The translations under genes and the position numbers were made by a program. Below, piece after piece: positions 1 through 13,728 of a stretch of 64,000 bases of DNA. The notes beneath the pieces were generated by a model. The model ran no database searches. It was not told the origin of the DNA and saw only the letters and a list, made by a program, of their open reading frames with translations. Every line of letters begins with the position of its first letter. Within the stretch, counting starts at the first letter, position 1. The DNA comes from Camelus ferus. Its lineage: Eukaryota. The stretch is from assembly GCF_009834535.1 (NCBI RefSeq), contig NC_045696.1, positions 83,826,001-83,890,000 on the forward strand, given 5' to 3'.

Positions 1-1466
1 AAAGGATGGGGCAGAAGTTACACATGTGATAGCACGGGATCTAAAAATGCTGGCACAGAGTCTTGCATATTGTGGCTTCTAAGTAAATGTTAGCTGCCCT
101 CCTAATATTATAATATTATATATCAGATTTTTATCCAGTGAAATGTCCACTGTTACAGCTTTTAAATCAGAGCTAGATCACATACGCTTTTTTGTGTAGG
201 TCCAGAGCCATGGAGAGTTAAGTATGGGAGATGCAAGGACAGGGATGTGCATAAACCTTCCCCCCAAGATTTGGAGAATTAAGGCAACAATGCATGATAA
301 AATTCATTTGCTTTTCATACATTTATTTCTTCTCACCAGTGGGCTATTTTCTATGTTTATCCACGATAATTTACTGAGAGAAAATGACACACAGCTTTTT
401 AAAAATGTGTTGTAGACAGATAATGGTTTTAAAAGCAGGGAAAATATATCTAGTCATTGAACAGGTGTGCATTGGCAAAAGGAAAATAAATGAACCTTTT
501 AAAACACAATTTTTCATCAAAATGGGTTTTACTTATAAAAAATGATGGCAGTATACCCTGTGGATAGTTAATATAAATTCATTTGAAAGGCATCCTAGAT
601 CTTTTTACCCAGTGATCAATTACTTTGTCTTTATTTTTATTTTAGAAAGCCAAAGAGAGAAACCATAATTCTTCTGAATAATACAGAGCAATATTCAGCT
701 ATCTGCTTGAATTTCACAGCTCTGTGTGAAATAAATATACATGCATATTGATTCCTTATTTTAATCATTAATTCACACAACAAAGCTTTGCTGTGTTATT
801 AGCTTACTGTGTTGTGCAATGGGCAGAGAGAAGGACATTAACTAACTCTGACCATATTGGCAATAGAGTGAGAATCTGTAAGAGTGGAATCTGTAGAATT
901 TAGTCAAGATATTGTTTTCCTTGTTTATAAATTTTTACTTAAGTAAAACTCATCTTAATGTTTCATATGAAATCTATCAGCATATATGCAAACACGTACT
1001 CTAATACTGAGAGTAGGGTCAGATTGGCATGCTATTAAAATGGTACTTTGGCCATGGGACTCAAGAATAGCAGAATCCTCCCCCAGAAAAATACCTCCCA
1101 CCATTTTCTGGAAGGTGATAAATGAAGAGACCAATAACCAGTTAAATAGAATAACATTTTATTATAAACTTAGTCTCTGCCCCAAAACCATTTTCGAAGT
1201 CTAGTAAATTGCACTGAGATTTAGTAGAACTTACACCCCAGCTAGACATGTAAGTGGGTGCCATCTTACTGAGCCCAGATTTGATATTAGGAAATGACCA
1301 TTCCTATAAAACAAAAAGCTATACCTGCCAGCTCAGGAAAATGTGGAGACAAGAAGCGGAAAAGAGCGTTTGCTTCATTAACCCAGCTGAGTAGACCTAG
1401 ACCAGGGAAAGGGCATACTGCCCAGACCAGGGCAGTCTCCTGCTGACAGGGAGCAGGAGAGAGAAA

Positions 1467-1468
<2 letters not shown>

Positions 1469-1524
<56 letters not shown>

Positions 1525-1600
1525 CAGAGAGAGAGAGAAAGGGGGAGGGGAGAGGAAGGGAAGGGAGAGGAGGTGGGGAGGGAAAGGCCCTAAGGAGAGG
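1469..1600. repeat. (GT)27 microsatellite followed by (GA)n and a polypurine tract
   Basis: Directly visible; explains spurious ORFs 1397..1624 and 1469..1678. Confidence 0.97.
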
Positions 1601-3152
1601 AGAGAATGCTGGTGCCCTTACCACTTTCCAAGTGTGGAAGGAAGAGAATTAGGAAAAGGAAAATCAAAGCCCCCTTGAAAGCCCCACCCATAAAAAACTC
1701 AGTGGAGTCAGTTACCAGTGTCCAAGTAATCCGGCCCTCTTTCCTTGGGCTGGAGGAAGAGGGAAGGCAGAAAGGCTGACTTGAGGGCTGCTTTGGTCAC
1801 GGAAGGAGTGAGGAGATGGGCAGGAAAGAAGCCTGGAGCAATCCCAAGGCTAACCTTGGGCCCACTGAGGAGTTCTTGTCTCCATGAGACTTTTGGTATT
1901 CACAAAATATTTTTACAGCTCTATAGTGTTTTTTTTTAGATATAATTTTTTAAAGGTTTTTTCCAGCCCTAGAGATTTAACTTCAAGGAGGATATATTCA
2001 AATTTCACACTCGTCCACTTAATACTCATTGAGAACAAAGTTATGTTTTGAGGGGTCTAATGAGATACTAAAATGAATCCTGCTCTTGAAGGAACTTGCA
2101 TTTTAGACATTGCCAAAAAGAACTAGAAGATAAACTATAAAATGAAAAGTGGTTTAAAATATTTACAGCTCAAAGACACAGAGTTTGGAGGAAAAAAATT
2201 TTTTTTATTAGCAATAGTAGATTTCACTGTGACATTCATAATGCGTTGTAATGTTTTGGAGTAATCTTTTAGAAATTCTGAACAGAACTCATAGACTGTT
2301 TCTTTTGAAGAGAAAAAAACCCAGGTAAGCAAATATACACCTGCATGATTCAAATTTTGATGCATCTGCTCCAAAGCTCTGAAACTAATTAGAAATTTTG
2401 TTTCATGACTGCAATTAGCTTTCAGAAAGATGGGCATCCATTAACACAGTTTGGTAGTATGATGACAACCAATTAGTTATAATTGTTCTAGTCTAGAAAG
2501 AAATAACAATTGGAAGCAGATGACTTCTAAAGGAATTGAAAAAGAAGCTTGATAACTTAGTTTTTAGAATTTGGCACAGAGAATTCATTTTGGTAAGCTT
2601 CCTCTTTGGGTGTATATGGGACTTAAAGAAGACAAAATCCTTTCCTTGCTTTCGGGCTCTCTAGTTAGCTTTTTTCTACCCTTCCTTCACCTCATCACTC
2701 CACAAAATCCTAGTTTAACCAATTACATTTCCATTGTAATGTAGGAGAAAATACCAAGTTACTTTCAATAACCAGGAAGCTGAGAAAAATTCCCTACAAG
2801 ATGGAATTAATTACGTTTATTTGAAAGATTTAAACAGTTAGTTGGAGGTTGCAGAACGCAGATATCAGATCAATAGAAGGAGGAACTTCCTAAAGATTAG
2901 GATGGATTCAAAATAGTTTTCTCAAGTGTTTCTAATCCCTCAGTCTGTTCAAACGTGAACTGGAAAATCCTTTATTGGGTGATATAGAGTTGATCCAAGC
3001 ATTCACTGGATGCTGGTGAGGAGCTGGAGTAGCTGATATGTAAGGTTTCTTCATGAGCTTCTGTCCCTGAAATTATTTTCTAACCAAGGAGTTACTTGCA
3101 CTGTGCCTTGTCTCAGAAAGTTGTGGTAGTTACACAATTCCTGCTACAGTGA

Positions 3153-3283
3153 GGGGAGGGTATAGCTCAGTGGTAGAGTGCATAAATAAATACCTAATTA
3201 TCTCCCCATACAAGAATTTAAAGAATAATAAAAATAAAAATGTGAAATTATAAAAAAAAATGGTTATAAAATTAAATTTTAAA
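3153..3283 (+). mobile_element. Internally deleted tRNA-derived SINE (camelid Vic-1-like)
   Basis: Head GGGGAGGGTATAGCTCAGTGGTAGAGTGCAT (A-box), then aaataaatacctaattatctcccc and an A-rich tail. TSD aattcctgctac (3136-3147) / aattcctgccac (3284-3295). Confidence 0.75.
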
Positions 3284-3932
3284 AATTCCTGCCACTATTT
3301 TGAACTAACTCAGCTAGATAATCATGAACCTACATATAGGTGCCATTCAGAAGGAGAATGAAATTGGGACACAAACTTAGATGTGAAATATTAAGTGGCC
3401 TTAGGAAATCCTTTTATGTTGATCACCTCCAGTGTATTGGAGAGACACTGAATATTTCACAGGGATGGATGTACCTAAAATTTTTAGAATGGATGTTTGG
3501 TATGGTTCTGTTGAATTAAATAGAATATGGACAGAAGTTAGCCATCTTTGGCACCTATGCACACATTGCCACAAACATGTCTCTGTTGCTGATAAAGAAA
3601 AAATCCCTGCATATTTCCTAACACAGTATGCCTGCTAATATGGTTGGGCCATGGGAGAGAGTGGCTCAGATCTTTGGGAATTATAAAGAATGCAAAGAAG
3701 TATTACACAGGTCAAGTGAGCAGGTTTATTTGAAATAATAGTAATACCACTATTGGACATGGCATCACTGATAGCTATTAGAGCTGCTGCCACCACAATG
3801 AGTAGACAGCTCAATTTGGGGTGTAACTCCTGTTCAGTCCATTGGGTTCTGTCCAGTCAGATTCTCTCTGACAGAGGTAAGCATCACCAACTTATGTTAA
3901 CCCTTTCTGGCCACACTTTTCATAGAACCTGT

Positions 3933-4011
3933 GATCAGAACATCAGATTGCCACTCAGCACAGATTATCTAAAGATCAGAACATCAGATTGCAGCTCAGC
4001 ACAGATTATCT
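3933..4011. repeat. 41-bp tandem duplication (2 copies)
   Basis: gatcagaacatcagattgccactcagcacagattatctaaa followed by gatcagaacatcagattgcagctcagcacagattatct. Confidence 0.92.
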
Positions 4012-4596
4012 CTAAGAAATAGTGTGATATATATCTTGAGAACCTTAATTACAGTGCATTTAACCATTCTTCCCCATAGCTATCCAGTACTCAGGACCTC
4101 TTTTCCTCCATATAAGAAACCCATGATTTTCCTTGCAGTTAGAATGTTTTTGCCTGCAGGTAATAGACAACTCAACTCAAGCTAGTTTAAATGATAATAC
4201 AATTTGTTGGCTGTCATAACTTCCCAGGTTTTCATGCCCTCATAAGTTGTGTCTATTTCTAACACTGTTGCTCATTTCACCTACACTATTGTAATTGTAC
4301 CCTGCCTAGTATTTCTACCACCCCATTCATGGTTTCCTATACTGGGCATTTATCCATTCAGTCAACATTTTTCATGTGTACTATGCTATTTTGGGAGGAA
4401 AAGACATCACTGAATAAGTTAAATTGCAGTCCCTGATTTTAAGGAGCTGTATTAATTAGGGAAACCTAGGCCATGGTACAGCAGCAAACGGAATCTTAGA
4501 GACTGATGGCAAAGGTCTAGTATACACTTCTTCCAGGGAGGGCAATGAATATTGATAAAGAGTAAAGCCATCAACCATATGACTTTAAAATGTAAA

Positions 4597-4805
4597 ACGG
4601 GTCGGCAAACTAGCCTGCCACAGACTTTTGTAAACTAAAGTTTTGTTGGGACACAGTCACACCCATTCATTTACATGTGGCCTCCGGCTGCTTTTACACT
4701 AAAAATGGCAAAGTTGAGTGGTTGGGATGGAGACCGTATGGCCAACAAAGTCTAAAATATTTACTTTCTGGTCCTTTACAGAAAATGTTTTTGCACTCTG
4801 ATTTA
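4597..4805 (+). mobile_element. MER58A-like hAT-Charlie DNA transposon
   Basis: gggtcggcaaact start, aagttttgttgggacacagtcacacccattcatttac and aaaatatttactttctggtcctttacagaaaa match the remembered MER58 consensus. Confidence 0.75.
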
Positions 4806-6655
4806 AAGAGGCAGAATACATTTGTAAACATTTAAAATGAAGTGTGTCCCTCTTTCTTATTTATTGCATGATTAAAGCCCCCCTTTTTTGGAAGCAGGCA
4901 AAATCTAAAAAAATTTTTTAAATGAAGTTGAGCCATTATTAAGAAAACATGCCATAAGACCAATTTTTTTTTAAAAAGTACTATGGAAATGCAGAGGAAA
5001 CTGATCTGATTGAAAAGAAGAGGAAAGATTTTTGGATGAAATACTATCCAAAGTGAGCATTGAAAGGAAAAATAAAATTTTCTCAGGGGTACTTTCAAGG
5101 GAAAAGTATTTCAGAAAGAAGGAAAAACTTGAACAAGGAAATTTTCAGGTATGTTCAAGGAACAATGAATCCTTGATTGTGATTAAATGCTAGGATTTAT
5201 GATGAATGATGGAAGATGAAGCTGTCCCTGGAAACACAAAAATACCATCTTGAATTTATAATTGGAATCAAATTATTAGAAGAGGCAGCAAGAGTGTTGA
5301 AAAGTGTTCAGGGTCTAATCTTGGCTCTGCCACGTGACAGTTGTGTGACCTATCTTGTGTCACACCTCTCTGAGCCTCAGATATTCTAGTGGATGAAATA
5401 ACAATCATTGGAACCTCCTAGTTTTTTGAGGATTTAAATAATAGATATATAGGATCTGTTCTGTGCCTGATACATAGTAGATATTCAAAAATTACACTAT
5501 TTTTACTAATACTACTCTTTTTAAATCATTAGCAATGTACTTCTGACTTCTGCAGCCAGGTCCATTCTTAACTTACACACAGCTTCTGGTCTTTGTGCCT
5601 CTCTTCATGTTGTGTCACGTGACTGCAAGAGCCTGCTACTACCAGCTACCTGTGGAAGTCTTCTGTTCTCCAGTGTCCATCTCAGATGGTTTCCCACAAT
5701 TTAAAATTAAATCTCTGTATTCGATTTACTCATAAAATACATGTTCATAATGTATTCCATTGTATTTTAGGTATTATGTGTGTGCTGTCTTCAATCATTC
5801 GTAAGATTCTTGAGGGAAGGGAATATGTCTTAGTCTTAGTAGAATCTTTGTTATATAATTTTACAAAGAGCATTCAATCTTGGCAAAATAATCCAGAAAA
5901 TATTTCACTTATTTCATGCTAGGATCTCCAGTTAATTGATAAACCATCTTGGGAAAATTTGAGTTCTGCCACTAAGTTGATCTTAAAAGTAATGAAAAAA
6001 TATAAGGTCATAAGTTGATCTAGACGTTGACCTTTCTCTAAATTTTGAAAGCAATTAAATTGACTGTGTTCTTACTCATTTACATAGAGGGAAGGCAGTT
6101 TTTAAATCACTTTCTATGAAATTCTGTGAATAAAAAGCAGCTTTATCATTATTGTGTATTTTCTAAGCATTTAAGGAATAGCAATGGCTTAGAAACTCTC
6201 CAGACTTCTATTGTGTGAATGTCACTAACAGATGACAGAAAGTTTAAAATGAAGAATCTAATGCATAGAGCTTAAAATCATACAAGTTACTTCTGATTGT
6301 CCCTTTTCCTTTAGTTAGATTTAAAGCAGTACTCTCCTAGAAAGGGGCTCATAGCCCGAAAGGTGGATCAAATGAGCCCCTGGAGCATAGGAAAAACCTT
6401 AGAGCCCTTATTCATGCTAAATTTTATACCTTAATTTAAAGATCTCTACTATTCTATGTTTTTAAATACACACTACATGTTTACCTAGTATTTTATGTAT
6501 ACAATTTCTAAATAAAAATTAATAATCTTATGTGTGTGCTCAAAATTTATTTACTGATAAGGTATAAAATTTTAAAAACTGAAGATCACTGGTTTAAAGG
6601 AAAGCAATATACATAAATATATAACAAGTAGCAATATTTAGTTGTGCATTTCCTG

Positions 6656-6661
6656 TTTATT
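6656..6661 (-). terminator. Polyadenylation signal AATAAA of LRR gene
   Basis: tttatt on the + strand, about 45 nt after the stop codon. Confidence 0.65.
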
Positions 6662-6706
6662 AACTTTTAAAGACAATGTGATTGTTTTCTTTCTATATAG
6701 CTCTCA

Positions 6707-6818
6707 TTAGGACACAACACACATTTTTGAAAAAATATTGGTTTCCGGTGGTGAAGAGTCTTCTGGTAGCTTCTGGATCCCATCCAGCATTTTTAAGTTT
6801 GGCAAACAGGAGAACACT
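6707..6818 (-). CDS. Terminal coding exon of unnamed LRR-LRRcap-CaaX gene (…R|VFSCLPNLKMLDGIQKLPEDSSPPETNIFSKMCVVS*)
   Basis: Pyrimidine tract plus AG acceptor (ttttctttaacttttactttAG, AG at 6820-6819). Phase-2 join CG+A=Arg with the upstream exon completes the LRRcap motif YRKRVFSCLPNLKMLDG. Stop TAA at 6709-6707 is followed by TGA. Too short for the ORF track. Confidence 0.9.
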
Positions 6819-9800
6819 CTAAAGTAAAAGTTAAAGAAAAAAAAGTAACTGTATTGAACAAAAGCATTGTATTTCACTTACTCTCTATAAATGAGTGCAC
6901 TTTGCCTATTGTTACAAGAAAGATAAGTAGCTATCACTTTATTCTGTTTTCCTTATCTTTGCAATGAGGTTACAATAAAATACTATTCATTGTCCTGATG
7001 ACCCTGCCACAGACTGCCCTCACAGGGAGCGATTAGACAGTTCAGAGATTCTAAGTATTGAGCAAAGAAGTGGGGCTGCATACAGTCTGTTTTTATAAGA
7101 GAATTTCATTCCAAGTTTTACAAAGCCCTGTAAAGAAAAAAAAATCAATGCGTGGATTGAGCCATCTAACCATGAAAGAAAGAATGAGATTGTGATATAT
7201 GTACATATTACAAAGTTAAATTTGAAAAAAAAAAGTAAAAGTAAAACAATTCCTTGTTGTTTAGTGATAGTTAAGGAAGAATTCTAGCTGAGAGATATAA
7301 GAAAGGGGGTGGAAAATAATTTCATGCTGAGTTGTTTTCTCTTGAAAGCATATATGAAGTTCATATTTCAAATTTAGACAGTCACTTCCACATTCAGAAA
7401 GCGGTCTTTCATGTCAACCCAGTTAAACAGTAGTCGTATACCTAGCAGTGTTATAAAGCAACATTTTCTTTCCAAGGGACAGCTTTTCTAGCTCAGAGGA
7501 TTTTGGGGGCTTAGGCCAGAGACATGTGCCCACCAGCATTTGCCCAAGATGAAAGACACAAACCTCTCAGGAGACGAGGCAGGTCAGCTAATGATGGCGC
7601 TGACCTCCTCAAATGCTCCCACTGGCTGCATGAGTTCCTTAGCTTTCTGCATGTTATCTCATCCTCACAACAATTCTGTCAGGTTGGGTTTTGTCACCCA
7701 TTTTAAGCAATTTATCCAAGATTATAAAGCCTGTAGGTGACAGAGCAAAGATTAAAATCTCAGTCTTCTGGCTCCAATGTTCAGGCTTAGCTGGCAGGAA
7801 CTCTTAGTCACTACTTCTTTTTAAAAAGTCAAATGAAGGTGAACTAAGATGACATTGACTTCTGAAGAATGGTAGAAGAGTTTGCCTGTGGGTGTCCCAG
7901 GAAGTGGGGCTGCCCTCTACCTACTGGGACTTAACATTATTAGCTCTGCCATTAAGTCCTTTCTGTTTTGAACTGTGCTGTCTTCTTATTGGAGGATCTG
8001 AAACAAAGGAGGAAGGGAAAGACTGTCACGATTGTAGGTGTCAATGATCAAGAAAAGCTTATATTTAAGTAATTCTGATCATGACGTAAAGGGTCATTGA
8101 AGGTCTTGCCTACATCCTCGACACAGAGATACCCAGTGACAAAATGAACGCTGTTATAATCCTCGTGTGGATTTTTAGCTAGAAAACTAAACCCAAATTT
8201 GGATGAACTTGAGATTTCAGCTTAGTTCCTCAGCAGGAGGAACTCATACTTTAAAATGACCACATCTTTCTGTTTAAAGGAGCCCTGCACTACCTTTAGT
8301 CAAAACAATACAGGCTTTTTTTTATAGCCGGAGTGTCAGTGTATATCCACCTCAAATAGAGTGAATACTCTAAAAATAGAAGAACCTCATTAAATCCCCC
8401 ATTCCCACATAATTCTATATCACATCATGAATTTTGAAGACAGGTTTATAGTGAGACCCCAGGGCATATCAGATTCCAGACAATTAATCTAACAGTATTG
8501 TTATAAGCCATTCTTTGAAGGGCGGTAAGTGACTGAGTTGGGACCAAAGTGTTCTCTAAAATCCCACATATAAATTAACCAAACTGAAATATAACACTAA
8601 TAAATTATCTTTATGACTAGAAATGTGCTTTTTAATGAATGATGTTGAAATGTCCAGCTAAACCTTTGACTGTAGGAAACAGAATTTTAAACTGCAGAAC
8701 ATTACAGTGGTTAAATATTACTTCAATATTAAAGCAACTGTGCTGCTGGGTTTTGCTTATGTAAAAGCAATTTGAGAATTTATTATCACAGAACATGAAA
8801 TTTTGCTTTCAGACTACAAAGGGAAGATAATCACAGTAATGAGATTTATATAGTACCCACAGAGATTAGAATTTTTATTTTGACAGTTTTCATTGTACAT
8901 CACGAGTTGAAGAGTCTAACATTATAGAAGCCTCTGGAATATAGCTGCTGTCATGGGAAAGTGGCAGTGTGAGAAAGGAAGGTATGAGAACTGTCTTTTG
9001 TTGAAATTGGATGCAGAGAAGGGACTATAATCATAGAACAGGAACAGAGCCTAGAGATGATGTACTCCTTTGTATGACAGATTGAATCTGAGAGATAAAA
9101 TGACTTGTGGTCATCTAGGGGCAAATACAAATAAAATTCAGTTGCTCATTGTTACCCTTTTAATTCCCATAAGTACACTAATAGTGGTGCTGGGAATTAG
9201 CTGGAGATAAATGGATGGGTGTATTACTTGGTGCACGCTCTAAGGTTGTTTGGATTCCATTATTGTCATTAAGAATGTCCCCAATAGTGACAAAGAAATA
9301 AAAATGGTTTATTCTTGGCAGGTGCTCCAGCTCTTTCAGCCACTAGAGTAGATCAAATCAATTACTTTTTTATACTCAATTAATGGTGCCCTTGTGGCCC
9401 AAAGGGATGAAAATAAAGCCAGAGGATAAACAATTTATAAGATAGTCACATGGACCTTGATAAGATTCTATATTAAAACATTTTTTAAAAGACACAATAT
9501 CTATTAAATATTATAAGAGAAAGTACATAGGATTTGAAAGTCTAAAGTAAAGCATCTTAGTCTATGTAAAGTCAAATTTCAAAAGGAGCCTAAAATTTAT
9601 AGAGCAATCATAAATTAACCAAGAGAAAAGTGTATTAAAGATTGAACATTCACACACACACACAGATCAATTCAAAGTTCTTTAGGTGAATTTAGAAGCA
9701 TGAAATGTTCAACACATAGTAGATAAGATAAATATTTGCCAATCAGATTTAAGCAAGAGGGGAATAACTGTTGAAAGTATAATATTCAGTGAAATATAAA

Positions 9801-9828
9801 AGGTGACTGAAGGCATTAGGGGCCTTAC

Positions 9829-10026
9829 CGTTTCCGGTAGTTTTGGTGAAATTCACAAGGGTTCCTCTTGAGTGTAAGGGATTTCAGTGGAGTGCACCGT
9901 AAACTGGAGAGGCAAGTCAGAGTCTCGATGTGGTTTTCCGCCAAGAATAAATGCTGTATCTGAGGTATCTTTGGCAATTGTTTGAAAGATGTGAGAAGGT
10001 TTTTGTTCATATTTAAAACTTTGCAG
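9829..10026 (-). CDS. Coding exon of LRR gene with three LRRs ([33 protein letters not shown]) and start of LRRcap
   Basis: Lies inside ORF 9825..10055. Acceptor tattttctatccAG (10028-10027), donor CG|gtaagg (9828). 198 nt, phase 2 to 2. LxxLxLxxNxL repeats are visible. Confidence 0.92.
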
Positions 10027-12698
10027 CTGGATAGAAAATATAAATATCTTGTCATTTGTCTCCTAAAGAGGATGGTTAACTACCAAATCGTGCATAGGAC
10101 TAATAGTCTCACCTAGACCATAACCCCTCAAAGGTGTGACAGTGATATTTCCTACCAACTTGGCTGCGAAGGAAAGAGAAATATTTATATTAAAATATTA
10201 AGAGAAAACAAGCAGGACATATAAGACTGTGAGCTTGCGTAGGGTAGGGATCTGTTTCCTTTTCCAGTGTATACTCTCTGTACCTGGCATAGTATTTGGT
10301 CCATGGTGTATTCTCAGTAAGTCCTGAATGAAGGAGTGAATGGCTGCATATAATCCCAGTAGTACAAAAGTTCACTCGAAGAAACATAATAACTTGTGAA
10401 GAGTATTGCCCCTAAGTAGTGAAATTATAGTTATTTTCCTTTCTTTCTACTTTTCTGTACATCAATGCTATATTGAGAAAATAGCATTTAAAATTAGGAA
10501 AAAAAGAGACTTTTTTGTATAAAAGAAACCTAAAAGCTGTCCTTGGGAAAAGAAATGTGTGTTAGGCATTTAGGTTGAATACACTTTCCTGACAGATAAT
10601 GCTTCTTAATATTTTTGCCTTAAAACCGTAAGTGTATAAAACTGTGCAAATAGAGAAAATAATTCCAAATCTATCACTTGCCCTAAGGAAAAATTCCTTT
10701 ATGCATAAGCTGGGATTTAATACCCTGAGAGAAACACAGAGTACTTATTTATGAACCTCAGACCCCACAAAGACACTTGGTAAATAATTGTTGATAGCGG
10801 TGAAGATGGTGCTAAACAGAGAAAGGGTGGCCACAAGCAGCATGAAAAACACAAATTTTACTTTGAAAAATTATAATTTTTCACATCCATTATTTTCATC
10901 TTCCCTGTTTTCTTCCATTCCCTCTCCATATGGCTGTTTTGTAGTCAGTCATATCTTTGATAACTTTCGGTTTCCATCCTTTCCCAGGTTACACATAATT
11001 TTTAGATGCACAGCAGTGCTATTGCAATTTTTAATTGAAAACCCAGCCCAAGCACTTCCTGTCTCTCTGCCCTTCTCTCTGTCCTCCTCCGAAATCTGTT
11101 CTTTTCTCACCTGCTAGTCATTCTCTCATTTTCAGTGTATATCCTGCCGCTCTCTCAGCCTCCCAGATTCACCCTACCACAGATCATCAGTCAGTCAGAT
11201 ATGTCAGGGGAGACAAGTGGTTTTTCCCTGGGGCAGAAGGGAAGGAGGCCGTGAATATACATGCATCAGTTTTCTTCTCTCTTGATACATTGATTTGGCA
11301 GTTGTAAAGTTTGCATTGCAATTATAGAATTTTACATTATACATCTTATTTCTAAAGAAAGTAAGGCCAAAAGAGTGTATCTGGAGAACACTGAAATCGG
11401 GTCAAGTCTTTTCTTTAATGATGGGGGCTTCTCTCTCTCTTCTTTTTTATGTAAGATAGTAAAGATTTGGAAGTTCATTGATCTGGAACAAGTCAAGTTC
11501 AGATACTCCAAATTAATGGTCTTCTAGTTCAGTGTTTCTAAAGTATGCCATGTGACTATTCAAATCCTTTGTCGTTTTATGTTTATTTAAATGTGTATTA
11601 GAAAAATATAACTAATGCATCAGTATCGTATCCCTAGAAGAGAGTCTGGGAAAAAAAAAACTGAACAAATCAACATGAAGTAACTGAATAAATTAATGTG
11701 ATAGTAATGTTAAATTTCAACGGAAGTTTTTTATTTAAGTATTTTTAAATGTGTCATTTAAAAAGAACATAAGTAAAATCAAATGCTGTGCAAGTCTACC
11801 TAAAGATGGGAAGGGGCTTTGAAAATGACAAAAGATACCCAGAGCACACTGTGTATTCTGTCTGCCACTTCCTCTGTCTGCCTGAGTGTTTCCCTATCCT
11901 GTGCAGCTGTGATGATCTCTTTTGTTGCCCTGCCTCAGTCCAAGCTCAGAGTTGTATTTTAACCTGCTCTAAGATTTTTCCTTCCTTCTTGTGGCTGCTT
12001 GATTTCCTTCATCTCTTAATTCTCTTCTGAGAGCCTCTGTCTTCCCTTCTGATGGCTACCAAAGCTCACTCCAGCTACCCATCTGCCTGGGGAAGCAAAG
12101 GGCAGCTCTGCACAAAGAGTTCTCAAGCAGTCCCTAGCAAAGACGCAGATTATCTGTAATGTCAGGAGCTTGGGATCCTTGGGAGATCAAGGAGTCCAGA
12201 TAAATTTAAAATTGTTTTAGTTTGTTTCTTTCACTGTTCAGATTGGCAACCCCCACCCCTCCATTAGAATGCAACCCTGAAGCCAAGACTATTGTCAGCT
12301 TCCTGTAGAGTCTTTCCCCACAAGTGTGCAATAAATATGACTAAAAATCACTATCTTACAATGATAATGTATGTATAATGTAATTGTATTTTCAGTTTAC
12401 AACCCTAGGAACATGGCAAGCTTTTCTGCCAACCTGTTCTATGATTACAAATTACTCCCCTAAAAATTGATAATAACAATATTAATTTGAAAAAGAATAG
12501 ATTTTTCCTTCTACAGTGTGACATTTTGATTTATAAATTTCCCCTTTTGCCTTGCAAAAAGGAGCTCGTTTAGCACTCTCATTCTCAAGACCTGACCACA
12601 TGAGCCAAGCCACAGAGTGTACAGACAATGGTCACATGTACCCGAATAGCAACGACTTGACTTTAACTTAGTAACTGGACATGCTAGGGAGCAGGTAC

Positions 12699-12841
12699 CT
12701 TGGCAATCTTATGGCACTTAAATCCACCAGTGAGTTATCCACTAACCAGAGGGTTTCAACTCGAATTAGTCTTCTAAGAATCCTGTTAAAATTTGCCACT
12801 TGATAAGGGTCCCCCAAATCCTGAAATGAAAGGTTCAAATT
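12699..12841 (-). CDS. Coding exon of LRR gene ([47 protein letters not shown])
   Basis: Lies inside ORF 12668..12883. Acceptor gtttgttttttcccttcAG, donor AG|gtacct (weak consensus). 143 nt, phase 0 to 2. [14 protein letters not shown]. Confidence 0.9.
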
Positions 12842-13728
12842 CTGAAGGGAAAAAACAAACAGAAAGAGCAAGTACTTTGTCAACTATTAAAAATAGTTAC
12901 TAATTTCAAATGTGTTGTATATGTTATTTAAACCAGCAGTTTTCAGCTTTTTGTCTCCTAAAGTACTCACATATTCAGACACTCACATTACTGCAGAGAT
13001 TCTCAAGGTAGAGAGGGAGAGTGAAGGTCTTGACTGGATCCTGATTAGAATCACATACAAGGTGGTTGGGGGGCAGGGAGAAAGGGAAAGACCCTCAAAT
13101 AGATTCTGAAATTCTCTAGTGGGGCAGAGAGTGGAAGGGATAAAGCTTTGTTTGGGAATGACTGGTTTGAATGATTAGTTATCTTTAGCTTCCTTGGAAA
13201 TACTTAGAAATCACATTTATAGAAATTTCAGAGTAAGACACCATCATTCAAAAGATGAAAACTATGATTTTGTTTAAAAATAACTAGGGATACATGCATA
13301 AAAATGACTTGGCATATTTCAGAGATACTGTATATTTTAACGTTAGTCAACTTTGATGTCAAGGAAATCAAAACCACTCTCAGTAGTAGCATTGTTCTTC
13401 TAAACTCTATTCCTAAGAGTCAACTTAACTTTTTTGTCTCCAAAATTTTACCATTAATTTCTGCCAGTAGAAATTATTGAATAAAATGATAATCCTTTTT
13501 TTTAATTTGAAGCAAAATAATTTACTATTTTTAAAGAAAAACAGATATCTCTAGCTTTGAAAAGATATGGTCTTGATATATTTAGATATTAAATATAAAA
13601 TTTGATGCTTTAAGTTTCATTTTCCCATAGTATAAAAGGTCTTAATTTAAGATAAAACCAAAGAAATTATAAGAGATCATATCTATCATTTCTACATTAA
13701 ATGTCACCTTCTCAGAGAGGATTTTTTT

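Noticed and set aside
3153..3183. tRNA gene
   Set aside because: Only the A-box half is present. An A-rich tail and TSDs show it is a SINE.
7584..7602. CTCF-like gctaatgatggcgctg
   Set aside because: Several mismatches in the 5' core.
10788..11307. Plus-strand ORFs of 109 and 90 aa
   Set aside because: Intronic antisense, low-complexity translation, no splice or domain evidence.
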